Of a stretch of 64,000 nt of DNA, positions 13,601 through 25,900 are shown in pieces (the first letter of the stretch is position 1; each line of letters starts with the position of its first letter). Made by a program: the position numbers and the translations under genes. The stretch covers positions 9,920,001-9,984,000 of the forward strand of contig JBHGNT010000020.1 in assembly GCA_043228905.1 (NCBI GenBank). The letters are read 5' to 3'. Source of the stretch: Azolla caroliniana (taxonomy: Eukaryota > Plantae > Polypodiophyta). The notes beneath the pieces were generated by a model. The model saw only the letters and a list, made by a program, of their open reading frames with translations, made no database searches and was not told the origin of the DNA.

Positions 13601-16081
13601 AGAGGATGAAGATCGCCTTACGCGCATGTTCGAAGAAAGTCCGATCACGACCTGACTGAGCGGACCACAAGAGCCTTTGAGCGATCAAAGCACATCACGG
13701 CCTAGCCCGAAGATGGACAAAGGCAAGGCGAAAATGGCGGAATACGAAGACGATCGCTTCGACGACGATGAGTCGACTCACTCACTCGACAGTGAGTTCG
13801 GCGGCTTCGATGTACAAATCGGAGCGAAGAAAGCCCTCATCTCTGCAAATGAAAAGCTCCGCCGATCCTCTCGTCCGTTTCGGCTACAACGATGATATGG
13901 CGTACCATTACGCCTTTATGATGAAGGTAGCAACATTATGGGAGCCGGAAACCTTTTCCAAAGCAGCCAAGGATTCGCGATGGATCGAAACCATGAATGA
14001 GGAGATGCAAGCACTACGCAAGAACGAGACGTGGGATCTCGTTCCCACCTCACCACACAAAAAGGCGATCGGATGCAGATGGATTTACAAAGTGAAGTAC
14101 AACGCTGACGGTTCCGTCAACCGCTACAAAGCGCGACTCGTAGCGAAAGGCTACGCCCAAATGCACAGAGTTGACTACGAGGAGACCTTTGCCCTGGTGG
14201 CAAAGATGACAACAGTACAGACCGTAATCACACTTGCCGCTGCGAAAGGGTGGCATCTCCATCAAATGGACGTCAAGAACGCCTTTCTACAAGGCGAATT
14301 AGAAGAGGAGGTATACATGATACAACCACCCCGCTTCAACTCGAGCACCCATTCGAAAGTTGTATGCCGACTCAAGAAGCCACTCTACGGCCTCAAGCAA
14401 GCACCGCGTGCTTGGCATTCGAAGATAATGCAATATCTTCATCAAATCGGCTTCCCTATGTCAAAATCGGACAACTCCCTCTACATACGAAGCGATTCCG
14501 CAAGTCCAATCGTCATCATTTTATATGTGGATGACCTAGTCATTGGAGGCGAGCATCTCATCAAAATCAAGAAGGTCAAATCCCTCCTTTCCAACAAGTT
14601 CGAGATGGTGGACATGAAGGAGCTCCACTACTTCCTCGGCATCGAGGTAATTTGGACTCCGGCCGAAATCATGATCTCTCAACGACACTACATCCTCAAC
14701 TTGTTATACAAGTTCAGGATGGTTGAGTGCAAATCCGCGGCAACCCTACTCGATTGCAATCTCAAATTGGATGCAAACTCCGGCACCAAAGCGTGTGAGC
14801 CGACTCAGTATTGGCAACTCATCGGGAGTCTCATCTACCTCACGATCACTCGGCCCGATCTCAGTTATCTGGTTGGTCTCCTTAGCCAATTCATGCAAAC
14901 ACCGCGTGATACTCACTTGGATTGCACTAAGCAAGTTCTACGATATGTGAGCGGCACAATGGATTGCGGCATCCTCCACAAGACTGCGATGCCAATATGA
15001 CTCGAGGGGTACACAGACGCTGATTGGGCTGGCTACAAAGTCGATACAAGATCAACCTCTGGATTTGTTTTCTCCCTCAGTAGCGGAGCAATATCCTAGA
15101 GCAGCAAAAAGCAACCAATTGTCACTCTTTCGAGCACAGAGGCGGAATATAGGGGCGCGGTAGTGGCCGCATGTGAAGCCGTATGGCTCAAAAGGATACT
15201 CAAGGATCTGGGCGTACCCATCAAGGATCCGACTTCCCTTTACTGCGACAATATGAGCATTATCTATCTGGCTCGGAACCCGGTGTTCCACGCACGGACA
15301 AAGCACATTGAAGTGCACTATCACTTCATCCGAGAGCACGTTCTAGCTGGCGATGTCGACCTACAACACATTAGCACCAATCTTCAAATGGCCGGCATCT
15401 TCACTAAAGCCTTAGGAGCCGACAAGCTATGACAATTCATGACCGATCTCGGATTGGCGATCCCTAACCTGCCAAGCTTGAGGGGGAGTACTGAAGACAC
15501 TACGCAATAACGTGTGGATTCCGCAACCGCGCAACGAAGCCACGAAGAAAGACGCAAGCCGAAGCACAAACTTCGCAACTATGCACAACACAAGTTGGAG
15601 CATGGATTCCGCAACTTCGCGTCGACGCGGACTCCGGAATGCAAGTCGAAGCGGATTTCGGATACCGTCTAAAACCGACCTAACTTGATCTTGAGGGGGC
15701 GTGTTGAGAATCAAGCTCAACTTGGTCTAGTGTGTGAACTCACCTTGAGAGTGAATAGACACTCCAACAATCAAGAGTCACCATTATGTCACCTCTTTGT
15801 ATTCTAGCATTTTGTATGAGTCATAAAATCATATTCTATGACACATAACTTATGAGCTTTCACATTCCCCATGCTCCATGAGTCATGTAGTTAATGAAGA
15901 GAGAGGGTGACTATATAAAACACCCTCCTCTCACCTTGTATTAAGTTGAGTCTTTCTCCTTTGTTAATATACTTTACCTTGCGTATTCTCTGTGTCTTAC
16001 TCCTCGTCTCTCTCACCCTTTCTCTCTCTCTCATAACTCACATCTCTTCTGCTTCACAAGAATCATATCTGATTCTTTACA
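10678..16081 (+). mobile_element. Ty1/copia element, full length; LTRs 10678-11057 and 15702-16081
   Basis: Near-identical 380-bp LTRs; degenerate tRNA-iMet PBS TGGTATTTGAGC at 11058; PPT TTGAGGGGGCG; right flank TGTTC. Confidence 0.95.
11208..15510 (+). pseudogene. Copia gag-pol (gag, CCHC, PR, GAG-pre, IN, RT, RNase H) with nonsense and frameshift lesions
   Basis: WFVDSGASNHM (PR); LWHKRIGH and CEAC (GAG-pre); HSDVWG, RSDGGKEY and QNGVAER (IN); YVDDL (RT); YTDADW and KHIEVHYHF (RH). Confidence 0.93.
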
Positions 16082-16378
16082 TGTTCCATAGCGTGATAGA
16101 GGCTATGGTGGGCCAATTAACAAGCTTATTATTTTTGTTTATTCATCACATTTTTCCTCAAAAAATAATGTGGTTAAGGTTAAACATTTAGAGGAAAAAT
16201 CCATGCTGATATGGAATAAAATCATCAGATGCAAGCAAATAATGGTGGACAACTTATTCTTGACGTGATGAGGCCAAACAAAAACAAGTCTAATAGTAAA
16301 GCATGGAAAGTGTGACACATAAGATCAAAACCCATAGCGAGCCAAAGCACTTAACCATGACCTTTGCACTTGCCCCGT

Positions 16379-17005
16379 TGTCTTGAAGATTCCGGGCCAT
16401 GGTGAGAAACTGAGGAATATCGGAAGAATCGGAGAGGTGCACCATGTGCACTTACCCTTGTAAAAGCGTGTGAATAGTAGGAGTCAAGTCGGGACAGAGA
16501 ATCCCATGTAAGTCGAGATTTATCCCACATTGTAACGCATCCCTCTCCTTGTTCTATAAAAGGAAGGGAGCACCCTTTGTGAAAGGGTTGCCCATTTTGA
16601 GTTAGGAAGGGTATACCACATAGGTCTAGGGTTTGGTAGTTTTCTTGGTCTTCATCTCATTCTTATTCTTAGGGTTTCTACTTTGGTCTTCACCCTATTC
16701 CGTTTTAGGGTTTCGTCTTGGTTTTCTTCTGCTTCTTCTTCCCCTTCGTGTTTGTTTAGGGTTTGCTTATGCTTGGTCTCCTGTGCAAGACCTTCTCGAC
16801 GCGACAAGCCTGTGAACTCCCCGATCGGCGGCTTGGTAACAGACTGCTATTGTAACCTACCTTGGTCCGGCCCGAAGTCGGGGTTGTATCTTTCCCTGTA
16901 ATATATATATATATTCGTGTTTGTTTGTGCATATCGGTGTATTTGGTGGAGTCGGGAGCAGAGCCCCCTTGTTTCCTGTGTATGAGAGTCAATGTAGCGC
17001 GCATG

Positions 17006-17067
<62 letters not shown>

Positions 17068-17182
17068 GTGTTCGGTTGCTTATGGGACGCGTCCGGAATC
17101 TTCTTCTCGGCATCCCTTCCTTTCTCGTCCGAGACCCCCGTGGTCCCGCCCCTTCTACACGCACGCACGTTATAACGCGACA
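16379..17182 (+). mobile_element. Solo LTR of the tRNA-Trp-primed gypsy group
   Basis: TGTCTTGAAG...ACGCGACA. It shares long blocks with the LTR at 39231-39999 (e.g. GTCAAGTCGGGACAGA, CCCACATTGTAACGCATCCCTCTCCTTGTTCTATAAAAGGAA, GACCCCCGTGGTCCCGCC). The flanks CCGT/TCAT are not a clean TSD. Confidence 0.85.
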
Positions 17183-17421
17183 TCATATTCACTTTACAAA
17201 CTATTTAATCGAGTGATAATCTAGATTGTCACTAATGGTATAAGAATGACATTTATTTACAAATTCCGTTTCCATAACCCAAGGTTAAGAAATGATATAC
17301 TATAAAGGGAAAAAAATCTTCTAGGGACTAATGATCAAAAACCTCGTCTATATAAGAAATCTAAAAATTTTAGAATATAATTGATATATATATATATGTA
17401 TATGTATATGTATATAAGAAA

Positions 17422-17557
17422 GATACTACATTAGTATTAAAAAATACCCTAAGGATATACATGAAATATGTACATTTAGGTAATGAGCCCGTTCTAAGTT
17501 CTAATTGACATCTTAAATAAATACTGTGATGTAGAGTAGAACCACTCCACTTTATCC
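17422..17557 (-). repeat. Short 3'-end copy of the LINE family found at 22920-27901
   Basis: GATACTACATTAGTA..CCCTAAGG..GTAATGAGCCC..TTAAATAAATAC..AGAGTAGAACCACTCCA aligns with 22956-23095. Confidence 0.7.
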
Positions 17558-18134
17558 TAAATCTCTCTATAATATATAAATTGAGAAAAAACTCCGAAAA
17601 AACTAGAAATTTCCGTTATTTCCTAAATACTTCCAAGTTTTTGCGTTTTAGGGTTTAGGGTTGTTGGTAATTTGAGAGAGATAAATATCCTTTTAACATC
17701 CACTAGAGGCCGATTGCAATATGTATATGTATGAGACAAGGATCGAACTTGGTTTTTGATCAAATTTATGACTTTGATGCTATGTTGTAGACCACCAACC
17801 CCAGCACGATATAATCGAGAAAAGGCGAGCGATGAATTGATCGTATAACCAATCGAATGGTGAAACAATGAGAAATCCTTGCTATTGCACATCTCTCGAT
17901 TCCTATGTTTCTGTCCTTCTCTGATTCATGTAAACAAAGAGAGATGCCTTCTACAGGGGCATTTCAGGAAATAAAGTAAAATCCCAAGGGCATTTATGAA
18001 TATGTACTAATAATATGTAATGAATCATGAGGTTATTGATAATCATCTGCTCCTCCTCTGTCTGTATACCCTGTTTCCATACATATACATTTCATTCATA
18101 CAGACAACACTTGCATACATACATTTATGAATGA

Positions 18135-18323
18135 ATGATGGCTGTGATGACGAGGTTGTTCTGTGCCCCTCCTCACACCAAGCTATGCCAGACTCAGACA
18201 GTGTTTCCCCTCAGAGTTCATCATCTCAAACTCAACAAGAGAGCTTCTGTTTCCTCTTGCAAACTCCAGGTATATATACATATATACATACATGTATACA
18301 TATATACATACATACATGTATAC

Positions 18324-18356
<33 letters not shown>

Positions 18357-21300
18357 CATATATACATATATATATATGTATATGCTCAAATAACTAATGT
18401 ATTCATGCAATTTTCGCATACTTCATAGTGACTGCTTATAGAAATTATGATGCGTGTCACTGTCATGTCTTGTATCTGTCACGTTGTCTCTTTCAGATTC
18501 TTTCATTTATTTAAACATGTTTTTTTTTTCCCTCTTGTATTACCAAGGTAAACAAAATCCCAGAGAAAATGATAAAGAAAAGAAACTATATGGTAACAGG
18601 CGATGTAGTTCATGCCTTAAGCTTTTCACATAAAACTTTGCATTCAACTATCAAGTCTCAAATTCGGAAAATGAAGCTTCAAATTGGCACCTTTAACTCT
18701 TAGAAATTATTATGATACATAATCCATAGTTTTAAAAACCTTGGGCATTTATTTGAGGTTCATTTTTCAAACTTTGGAAAACCACAGTAGGCTTCCTTTG
18801 AGAGTCACAAATTTGAGCATTCTTGTGGATGTTGGAATTTATTGGATGCGACACGTGTGTCATTTTAGTTTTTCTAATTTAGTGGTTCATTATAAGAGGT
18901 AAAATGTAGAAGAAAAAATACGATGAAATTTAAATTAGATGGTGTAAGGACACAATGACTAAGTGGTTTGAGGTCTCACGATCTTGTATGTTATGAAATT
19001 TGGGTTGAGGATAAGAGATAGCATGTAGAAGACAAAATAGGATGAAAATCAATTGAATGGTGTAAGGACATACTGAGAAGGGATTGAAGCCATTCAAGAT
19101 TTCTTATATTGAAAAGATTGCTTCTTGAATTATAGCTATGGTCTGACCGGTTGATCGAAGATAAGAAGAGAGAATGTAGAAGAAAAACTAAGATGAAATT
19201 CAGTTGAAGTCTGGACAACATTTCTTTCAAGTTTGAACAAGTGTAAGTAGTCAGTACGTGATAATGACGACAACAAAAAGGGGGAAACAGATACACAAAT
19301 ATATCTATGAGCAGTTTAATATATAAATCTTCCTTCTTTTTGATCCATCAACACAGTTTGTAATGACTCATCATATATTTCTAATATTTGGAATTGTTCC
19401 AATGAACATCTTTGGCATGATTGTGAGCATATGAATAGGTGAGAGGAAGAGGATGTGGAAAAAGAAAATGATAAAAATTGCAAGTATAGAAGTAAACTTG
19501 GCATACCATTTATGCTATCCTTTTTTAGACTCACAAAACAAAAGTATTTCTTACCTTGTTTTTTTTTTCCTTTATAGAGAAGCACATTTTGTCCGAACAT
19601 ATTGTGGCAGAGCAAATATCAGAGTTTAGGTCGACAAAATGATAAGAACTTTTCTATGAGAAATTCTAAATCAGGTATTTTTATCTCATTATCCAAGAAC
19701 TATTCATGTTTTGCTCAAGGTTAAGAAGTGTATTACCAGTAAGTTTTCATTTGCTCGACCTTCATTCCTAAATGCGTAAAACTTTCTACTCAAAAGAGCA
19801 CTTTTTCTTTCTCGTGGAAGAAAGTGACATGCTTTGAATTGCATTTCGCCCAACATTGAACACTATTTTATGCATAGAAATTTAAAAGGAATAATATTCA
19901 AACATTAGTGAACAAAGGGTTGCCATCTCCCATCAGAGTATCGTCCATCAAACTTATCTCAATGTTAATGTATTTGGTATTGAGGAAACTATGGTTAGGG
20001 TTGATATCCAGTAGGATGAACGCTTATGATAAGAGAATAGCTAGGTGTAATATGTTCTTTAGATGTGAGAGAACCTAGTTTATAAGCTATCCCATGTTAT
20101 ATCAGAAACATGAGTAAAAAGAATAGTTTTGGAGGTGGAAATTTTCTTGAGAATCACATAGTTATGGTTTATTTCAGGCATGATATCTCAGCTAGAGTTT
20201 GAGAAGTCAGACCATGTTCAAAAGCCTGCAAAATCCATTTATTGGTTATTGCTTTTGAACATTGGGATTTTTGTTGCAGATCATGTTTTGAAGGTATTTT
20301 TTGTTTTGATCCCATTTTCTTTTCTTTTGATCTCATTTCTAAGCATAAGACAATAAATATGAAGGTATAAATGTATACATATTCATCCTTTCCTGATACC
20401 TAGATGATGCTAAGTTCTTTTCAGCTCCAGTTGAAGCTTTTTTAAGGAGAGACATTTTGTCTTCTGCAGGTAAATGCAGTTAAAGCGTTATATTTATATC
20501 ATGGATGGCCAAAGTGGTATCAGTTCTTCACTGCGATGTTTTGTCATGTAAACTGGCAAGATTTCATTCACATTTCTTGAAGCCTTTTATATTATACCTA
20601 AACATGTTACATGTATATGACGAAGTGTAAATCTACCAGGAAACTATTAAGTGTTGTTTATGTTTGATTAAAGCCTCTAAAATGTGCGAACTATGAAATC
20701 ATAAGGTTTTGTATGCAGGAATCACTTATCAAGCAACTTATTCTTCCTATATATTTTTGGTAAGTTTCATCAACCAAGAAACTATATATATGTACATACA
20801 ATCTAAATAGTTGTGTCGAGGTGTTTGTGTCTACAGATATATCTGTTTTTGTGTATGTATATACAATACTTCTATCTCAATTAGATATGCTTATTCTTTC
20901 CTTGTAACTGGTAAATCATTATAGCTATGGCAAGATAATCTTCTTTAAGATATAGTTTGACTCTCCTGAAACTGTATGGTTTCAGGCCTGCATTTGTTTA
21001 ATCGAAAATAACACAGTAATGCTTCTAAATTGTTGGGTATTTGGTATGTTTCCAAAATTGACCAGAATATGTACACATCTATCATACCAAAATTACTGGC
21101 TATTTTTGTAATTCGTGAAAACATGGTGTTATTGTTATAAATATCAGAATAATTGGGTTTTGATGATTTTGACTGATTTTAAAACGTTATCAAAAAACCA
21201 ATGCTTATGTTCTGATTTTAAGGTCTGGAGTATAATACTTTGGATTGAAGTAGTATGAAATGTCCAATACTTTTTTATCAGGAAAGCTAGTGGAAGAAGA

Positions 21301-22225
21301 AGAGGGTGGGTTGGCTCTATGGATATCATATCTGATAACTGGAGCGGGTGCGAACCTTGTTTCATGGTGGATCCTTCCGAAAGTGGTGGTTTCTGTTGGT
21401 GCATCTGGAGCAGTGTTTGGCCTCTTTGCAGTAAGCGTTCTGGTGAAGGTATGATCTTATCCTCTTCAAGAAGATATGATTTTGATGCAAGTGTTCATTT
21501 TGACTGCATTACAAATTTGGAAAATAGAGGAGAATAAAAATCAGTAAATGATTAATAAATGTAAACATAAATTAAGTAATAAAAATTACTCATATAATAT
21601 ACATATGTGTGCGTGTATTTATCTTATATATTATAAGCAGAAAAGCCAGAAGCCAAAAGAGGTTTAAAACCCATTATGCACATCTTTGCATTTTTAATGT
21701 TATGTTATTTGGGCCATGGGAAGCCTCTACATTGCTTCATCATTAAATTATTTACTCTTTCTGTGCACAAAGAAAAAAGGATAGAGTTAATGTTGTGTTT
21801 AAATGGGTGATGCAGATGAGTTGGAACTGGCGTAAAATCCTAGAGGTTTTCATATTAGGCCAATTTGTTTTAGAAAAGGTGAGGTTAAGGTAGATTCTCC
21901 AAATCAAGGAAATTATTCGTGTTATTTTTGCTCTATCTTCGATTTTTGTAATTTCCTTGCTAGTAATATAGTTAATAATATAGACAATTGTAATGTCAAA
22001 ATCTATCCTTTTGGGGTACAGGTTATGGATGCTGCACAAGCATCAGCCCAAATGGCAGGTCAATCACAACATGGTATCGGAAATGTGAATCACATCGCAC
22101 ATCTCTCGGGAGCACTAGTTGGTGTACTACTTATTTGGCTCATTAGCCGAATTGCCCCTTATGAGATGACAATCTTGGATCACAAAAATCAAGAGAAAAA
22201 CAAGCAAAATCCAAAATTTACCTAA
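18135..22225 (+). CDS. RBL11: Rhomboid-like intramembrane serine protease, plastid type (RBL11-like), 302 aa; exons 18135-18269, 19578-19674, 20178-20293, 20470-20555, 20719-20759, 21282-21448, 21816-21878, 22022-22225
   Basis: The eight exons splice in frame with matching phases (909 nt). The protein contains [36 protein letters not shown], catalytic VGASGAVFG and [10 protein letters not shown], as in Arabidopsis RBL11 (from memory). The N-terminus is transit-peptide-like. Exons 1-2 rest on phase and splice signals only. Confidence 0.9.
18271..18382. repeat. (TA/CA)n compound microsatellite in rhomboid intron 1
   Basis: Directly visible TATATATACA-type repeats. Confidence 0.9.
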
Positions 22226-22919
22226 CCATGAGCTTAGAGGGTTTAAGGCCTATGGAGGTGGTAACATGCAAAGATGTTTCATATCAAGCGGAAATCATGT
22301 TATGTAATTTTATTTCCATTTCCATTTGAGGAAGGTTCAAAACAGTTAGTCATCATTCCATTTGAGCAGGCGAGAGGCCTTAACATTTTATCTAAGCTTG
22401 CTCCAACAAAATTTTAGTATCCCTGGTTTGATATTTGTACACATTCAGGCAAGTTGTATGTATCTTATATTCGGACAAAATGAAAGGGCAATTTTTACCA
22501 TAAGATTAATAAATGTCCAATAAAATTTATTGGAAAATCGTCTCCTACATATTATTTCTACATTTGGAAGGTTTTTATTCTAGACCATTCTAATGGTTTT
22601 AAAGGTATGGTGCAAATCGTATTTTTTTACACTGAAATTTTTAAATATCCCTTTGGAAGATACATATCTATGTAGTCTAAAATGTCTTTGAGGATTTAAA
22701 AGTGTCATATCTTTGATTTTCCACCAATTCACAAGGGTAAAACATGAACCCTAATCTCATGACGACTTGCATGTTAATGGTGTGATAAGAGACTCTAGAT
22801 TTAGTGAGGCATTGCATGGAAGCCTACTAAAATGATCATCTTGGTTCTTGATATATATAATCATTGATGCATACATGAGTATTTGAATAGAACGTTATAT
22901 AATGAATTCAATTAGTTCT

Positions 22920-25900
22920 TTTTTATCTTTTTTCTTTCTTTTTTTCCAAAAAATTGATACTACATTAGTAATAAGAAAAAACCCTAAGGCTATACATATA
23001 AGATGTATCTTTCAGTAATGAGCCCTGTTTTTCTAAAGTCTAACCATTAGCTTAAATAAATACTTCAGTATAGAGTAGAACCACTCCAGCTTACCAGAAA
23101 TTTGTCTATAAAATATGCCATTGTCTCAGGTGGCATCCAATCGCTTGAGCTCCACTTCTTGTGTATTACCTTTTATATTATCCAAAGAACATCTGAGATT
23201 ATGCACAATCTCTATCAAATATCCCAAAAATTATTTGCGCAGGTCTTTCAATCTCATTTTGAAATATCGTCAAACATCGAACCTTCCAAATGTACCAAAT
23301 TGTGATATTACTTACTAATTGCCATATTTGAGGTTTATCAATCTCCATCTGTGGATTCAAAGGTATCAATATTTTTTGCATAAAACCATGTCTCATAGAA
23401 ATAACATTTGTAACCTCTTGTTCGTATACCATTCGTTTATCTTGTACTACAACCCATAATACGGCTCCCCATGTATACATTGCTCGAGGATATACTAGTA
23501 TTAACAGTGTTATGATTAGTTTCCATATTTCCATCGTAAAACCACAACTCCATAAACAATGCTTATCAATCTTTACTAGATCCGTACACAAAGGGCACTT
23601 ATTGTCTACATTCCCTTTTCGCAAACTATTAACTAGTATAGCTCTATGAACCAACAACCAACATAAACAAACAAATTTCCTACTCATTTTTATGCCCCAC
23701 AACCATTTCCAAAATTGTTTGAGATGTTGTGGAGAAAGTCCATTTCGTCTCCAAAAGACATTTGTAGTTGGTTCTTTCCATGATCTAACACCTGATATTT
23801 TCCTACCAAGCTTCACAAAATATTGAAAAAAAGGCACATGTTTTATCTTATCTTCAACCCACACCTTCCAATACAGTTCTCCAAGATCCCAAGTTAATCT
23901 AGATATTGGTCTCCTTTCCATAATCCAAATCCTCCAAGAAGAATTCATGTTTTGTGGATCCGGATCTAAGACCCAATTTGATCAATTATTTGCGATCACC
24001 CTCACTTCTTTATGCAAACAAAAACTAAACAAATTAGTTTCCTTATGTGTGAAAGTTAACCTACCATCATGTACATCAAAGGTCATATAAAGTACTTCCC
24101 AATATAGGTTGTTACTCCAATCAAAATATCCAATGGAGTAAATAAACCCATCGACTTTTGTATAGAAGATTTAATCTGCATCTGAATATTAGAAAGGGTG
24201 GTTTGTATTGCAGAATACATTGATCTAGAGCCGTAGATAGGAATGATAACCACACACCTATAGACTATGTTGGTCCGTGATCTAATTCTGTCCATCCACA
24301 TCTAGTATGCCTTCCTAACATATGTCCCCTATGGTCAGTAAAATACGAATTCTAAATCAAGGGTTGTCTATAGAATTCAACTTCTATTTTTGGCAATCTC
24401 TTAACTAAATCAAGAGGAACATCTTTCCATGAATTAAGAACAGATTTGGCAAATTTGTCTTCCCATTTTGTGGAAACAGCCAACTTCTTGTGTTCCATAG
24501 AACTCCATAAAAAACTAGGCCTCCAATCTCCACTAGTTTTGGGACAAAATTTTTACAATTCGTATGACAATTGTTTCCAAGGTTTTGATCATGGTAACAA
24601 TCCTCGAATCACCAATTTTGCAAGCAACGCTTTGGATTGTTGTAATGGATCAACAATCCCTAATCCTCCCTGATCCAATGGTTTAACAATCGTGAACCAA
24701 GAGACCTTTGCCCTAGCATGACTTCCGTAATTACCAGACCACAGATAATTCCAAATCAATCTTTGTTTGTAATTGTCCCATACATGATCTGGAAAAACTC
24801 CAACATGACATAATATACCAAAGACTAGACAAAAGAACTTGATTGACTACTATCACTCTACTTGTAAATGATAGTTTGGCTTTACTCCAAAATAACAAAA
24901 TTTCCCTTATTTTCAATAGCAAAGGAGCATTGTTGTGTATATTTTCTACAAATTAGTAATCTGACCATCTAGATACAAAGTTGTACCATCAACAAATTCT
25001 ACATCGACAACATTTGTCCCATCAAGGGGCATTGCTATTCCTTTCAATCCAACATCTTCAGCAGTAAAAAACAAACAGTCTCATAGCTTCAGCAAAAAAC
25101 AGAAATACGTATGGTGCGAGTGAGCAGCCTTGTCATACACTTCCTGAAATTTGAAACACATCACCTTTAACCCCTCTTAACAAAACAGAACTACAAGACA
25201 ATCTATACAAAGAAGACGCTCATATCACCATTTCTCAAGAAAACCAAGTCTTAGAAGAGTACCATGAAGGAACTCCCAATTTACTTGATCGTAGGTTTTT
25301 TCAAATCAAGTAACAAAATAGCTAAATCCTCTTTTTTCTTGCGAGCCAAGGTGATAGCCTCCCAAAATAAGAACAAATTATCCATTATACTTCTTTCCTA
25401 AATGAAACTTGTTTGGGTGATATGAATCAAATCATGTAACAAAGGCTGCAATCTCAATGATAATGTTTTTGCAAAGATTTTATATATTGTAATAAGCAAA
25501 GTTACTAGCCTCCATTTTTTGATATCATCTTATATACCCTTAGTCTTAGGTATTAAATAAATAAATCCAACTGCCATACTATGAGGCATAGACCCAATAT
25601 AAAAAATTCTTTGATAAGCTTTCGTTAAGTCTACCCCAATAAATTCCCAATATTTGAGGAAAAAACATGCAGTAATTCCATCCTCCCCTAGACAAGACGT
25701 AAGACTTAAAGCTTTTAAGTGCCATCCTCCCCTATACAAGATGTAAGACTTAAAGCTTTAGTGCATTATGTATTTCCATAATGTCCAAAGGTTTCAGTAA
25801 TGCAACCTTCATTTCCTTTCTGACTTTAGGCTTAATTTTATCCCACACTCGTTTCCTACTTGTGTGAACAAAATTGATAAGAACTCCAACAGACAACAAT

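Noticed and set aside
17646-17660. Telomeric repeat TTTAGGG x2
   Set aside because: Too short to indicate a telomere or healing site; at most a telo-box.
18131-18428. ORFs with YIYI/HIHT runs, and similar (CT)n/(GA)n-derived ORFs at 16847-17224
   Set aside because: These are translations of microsatellites. Only 18135-18269 is retained, as exon 1.
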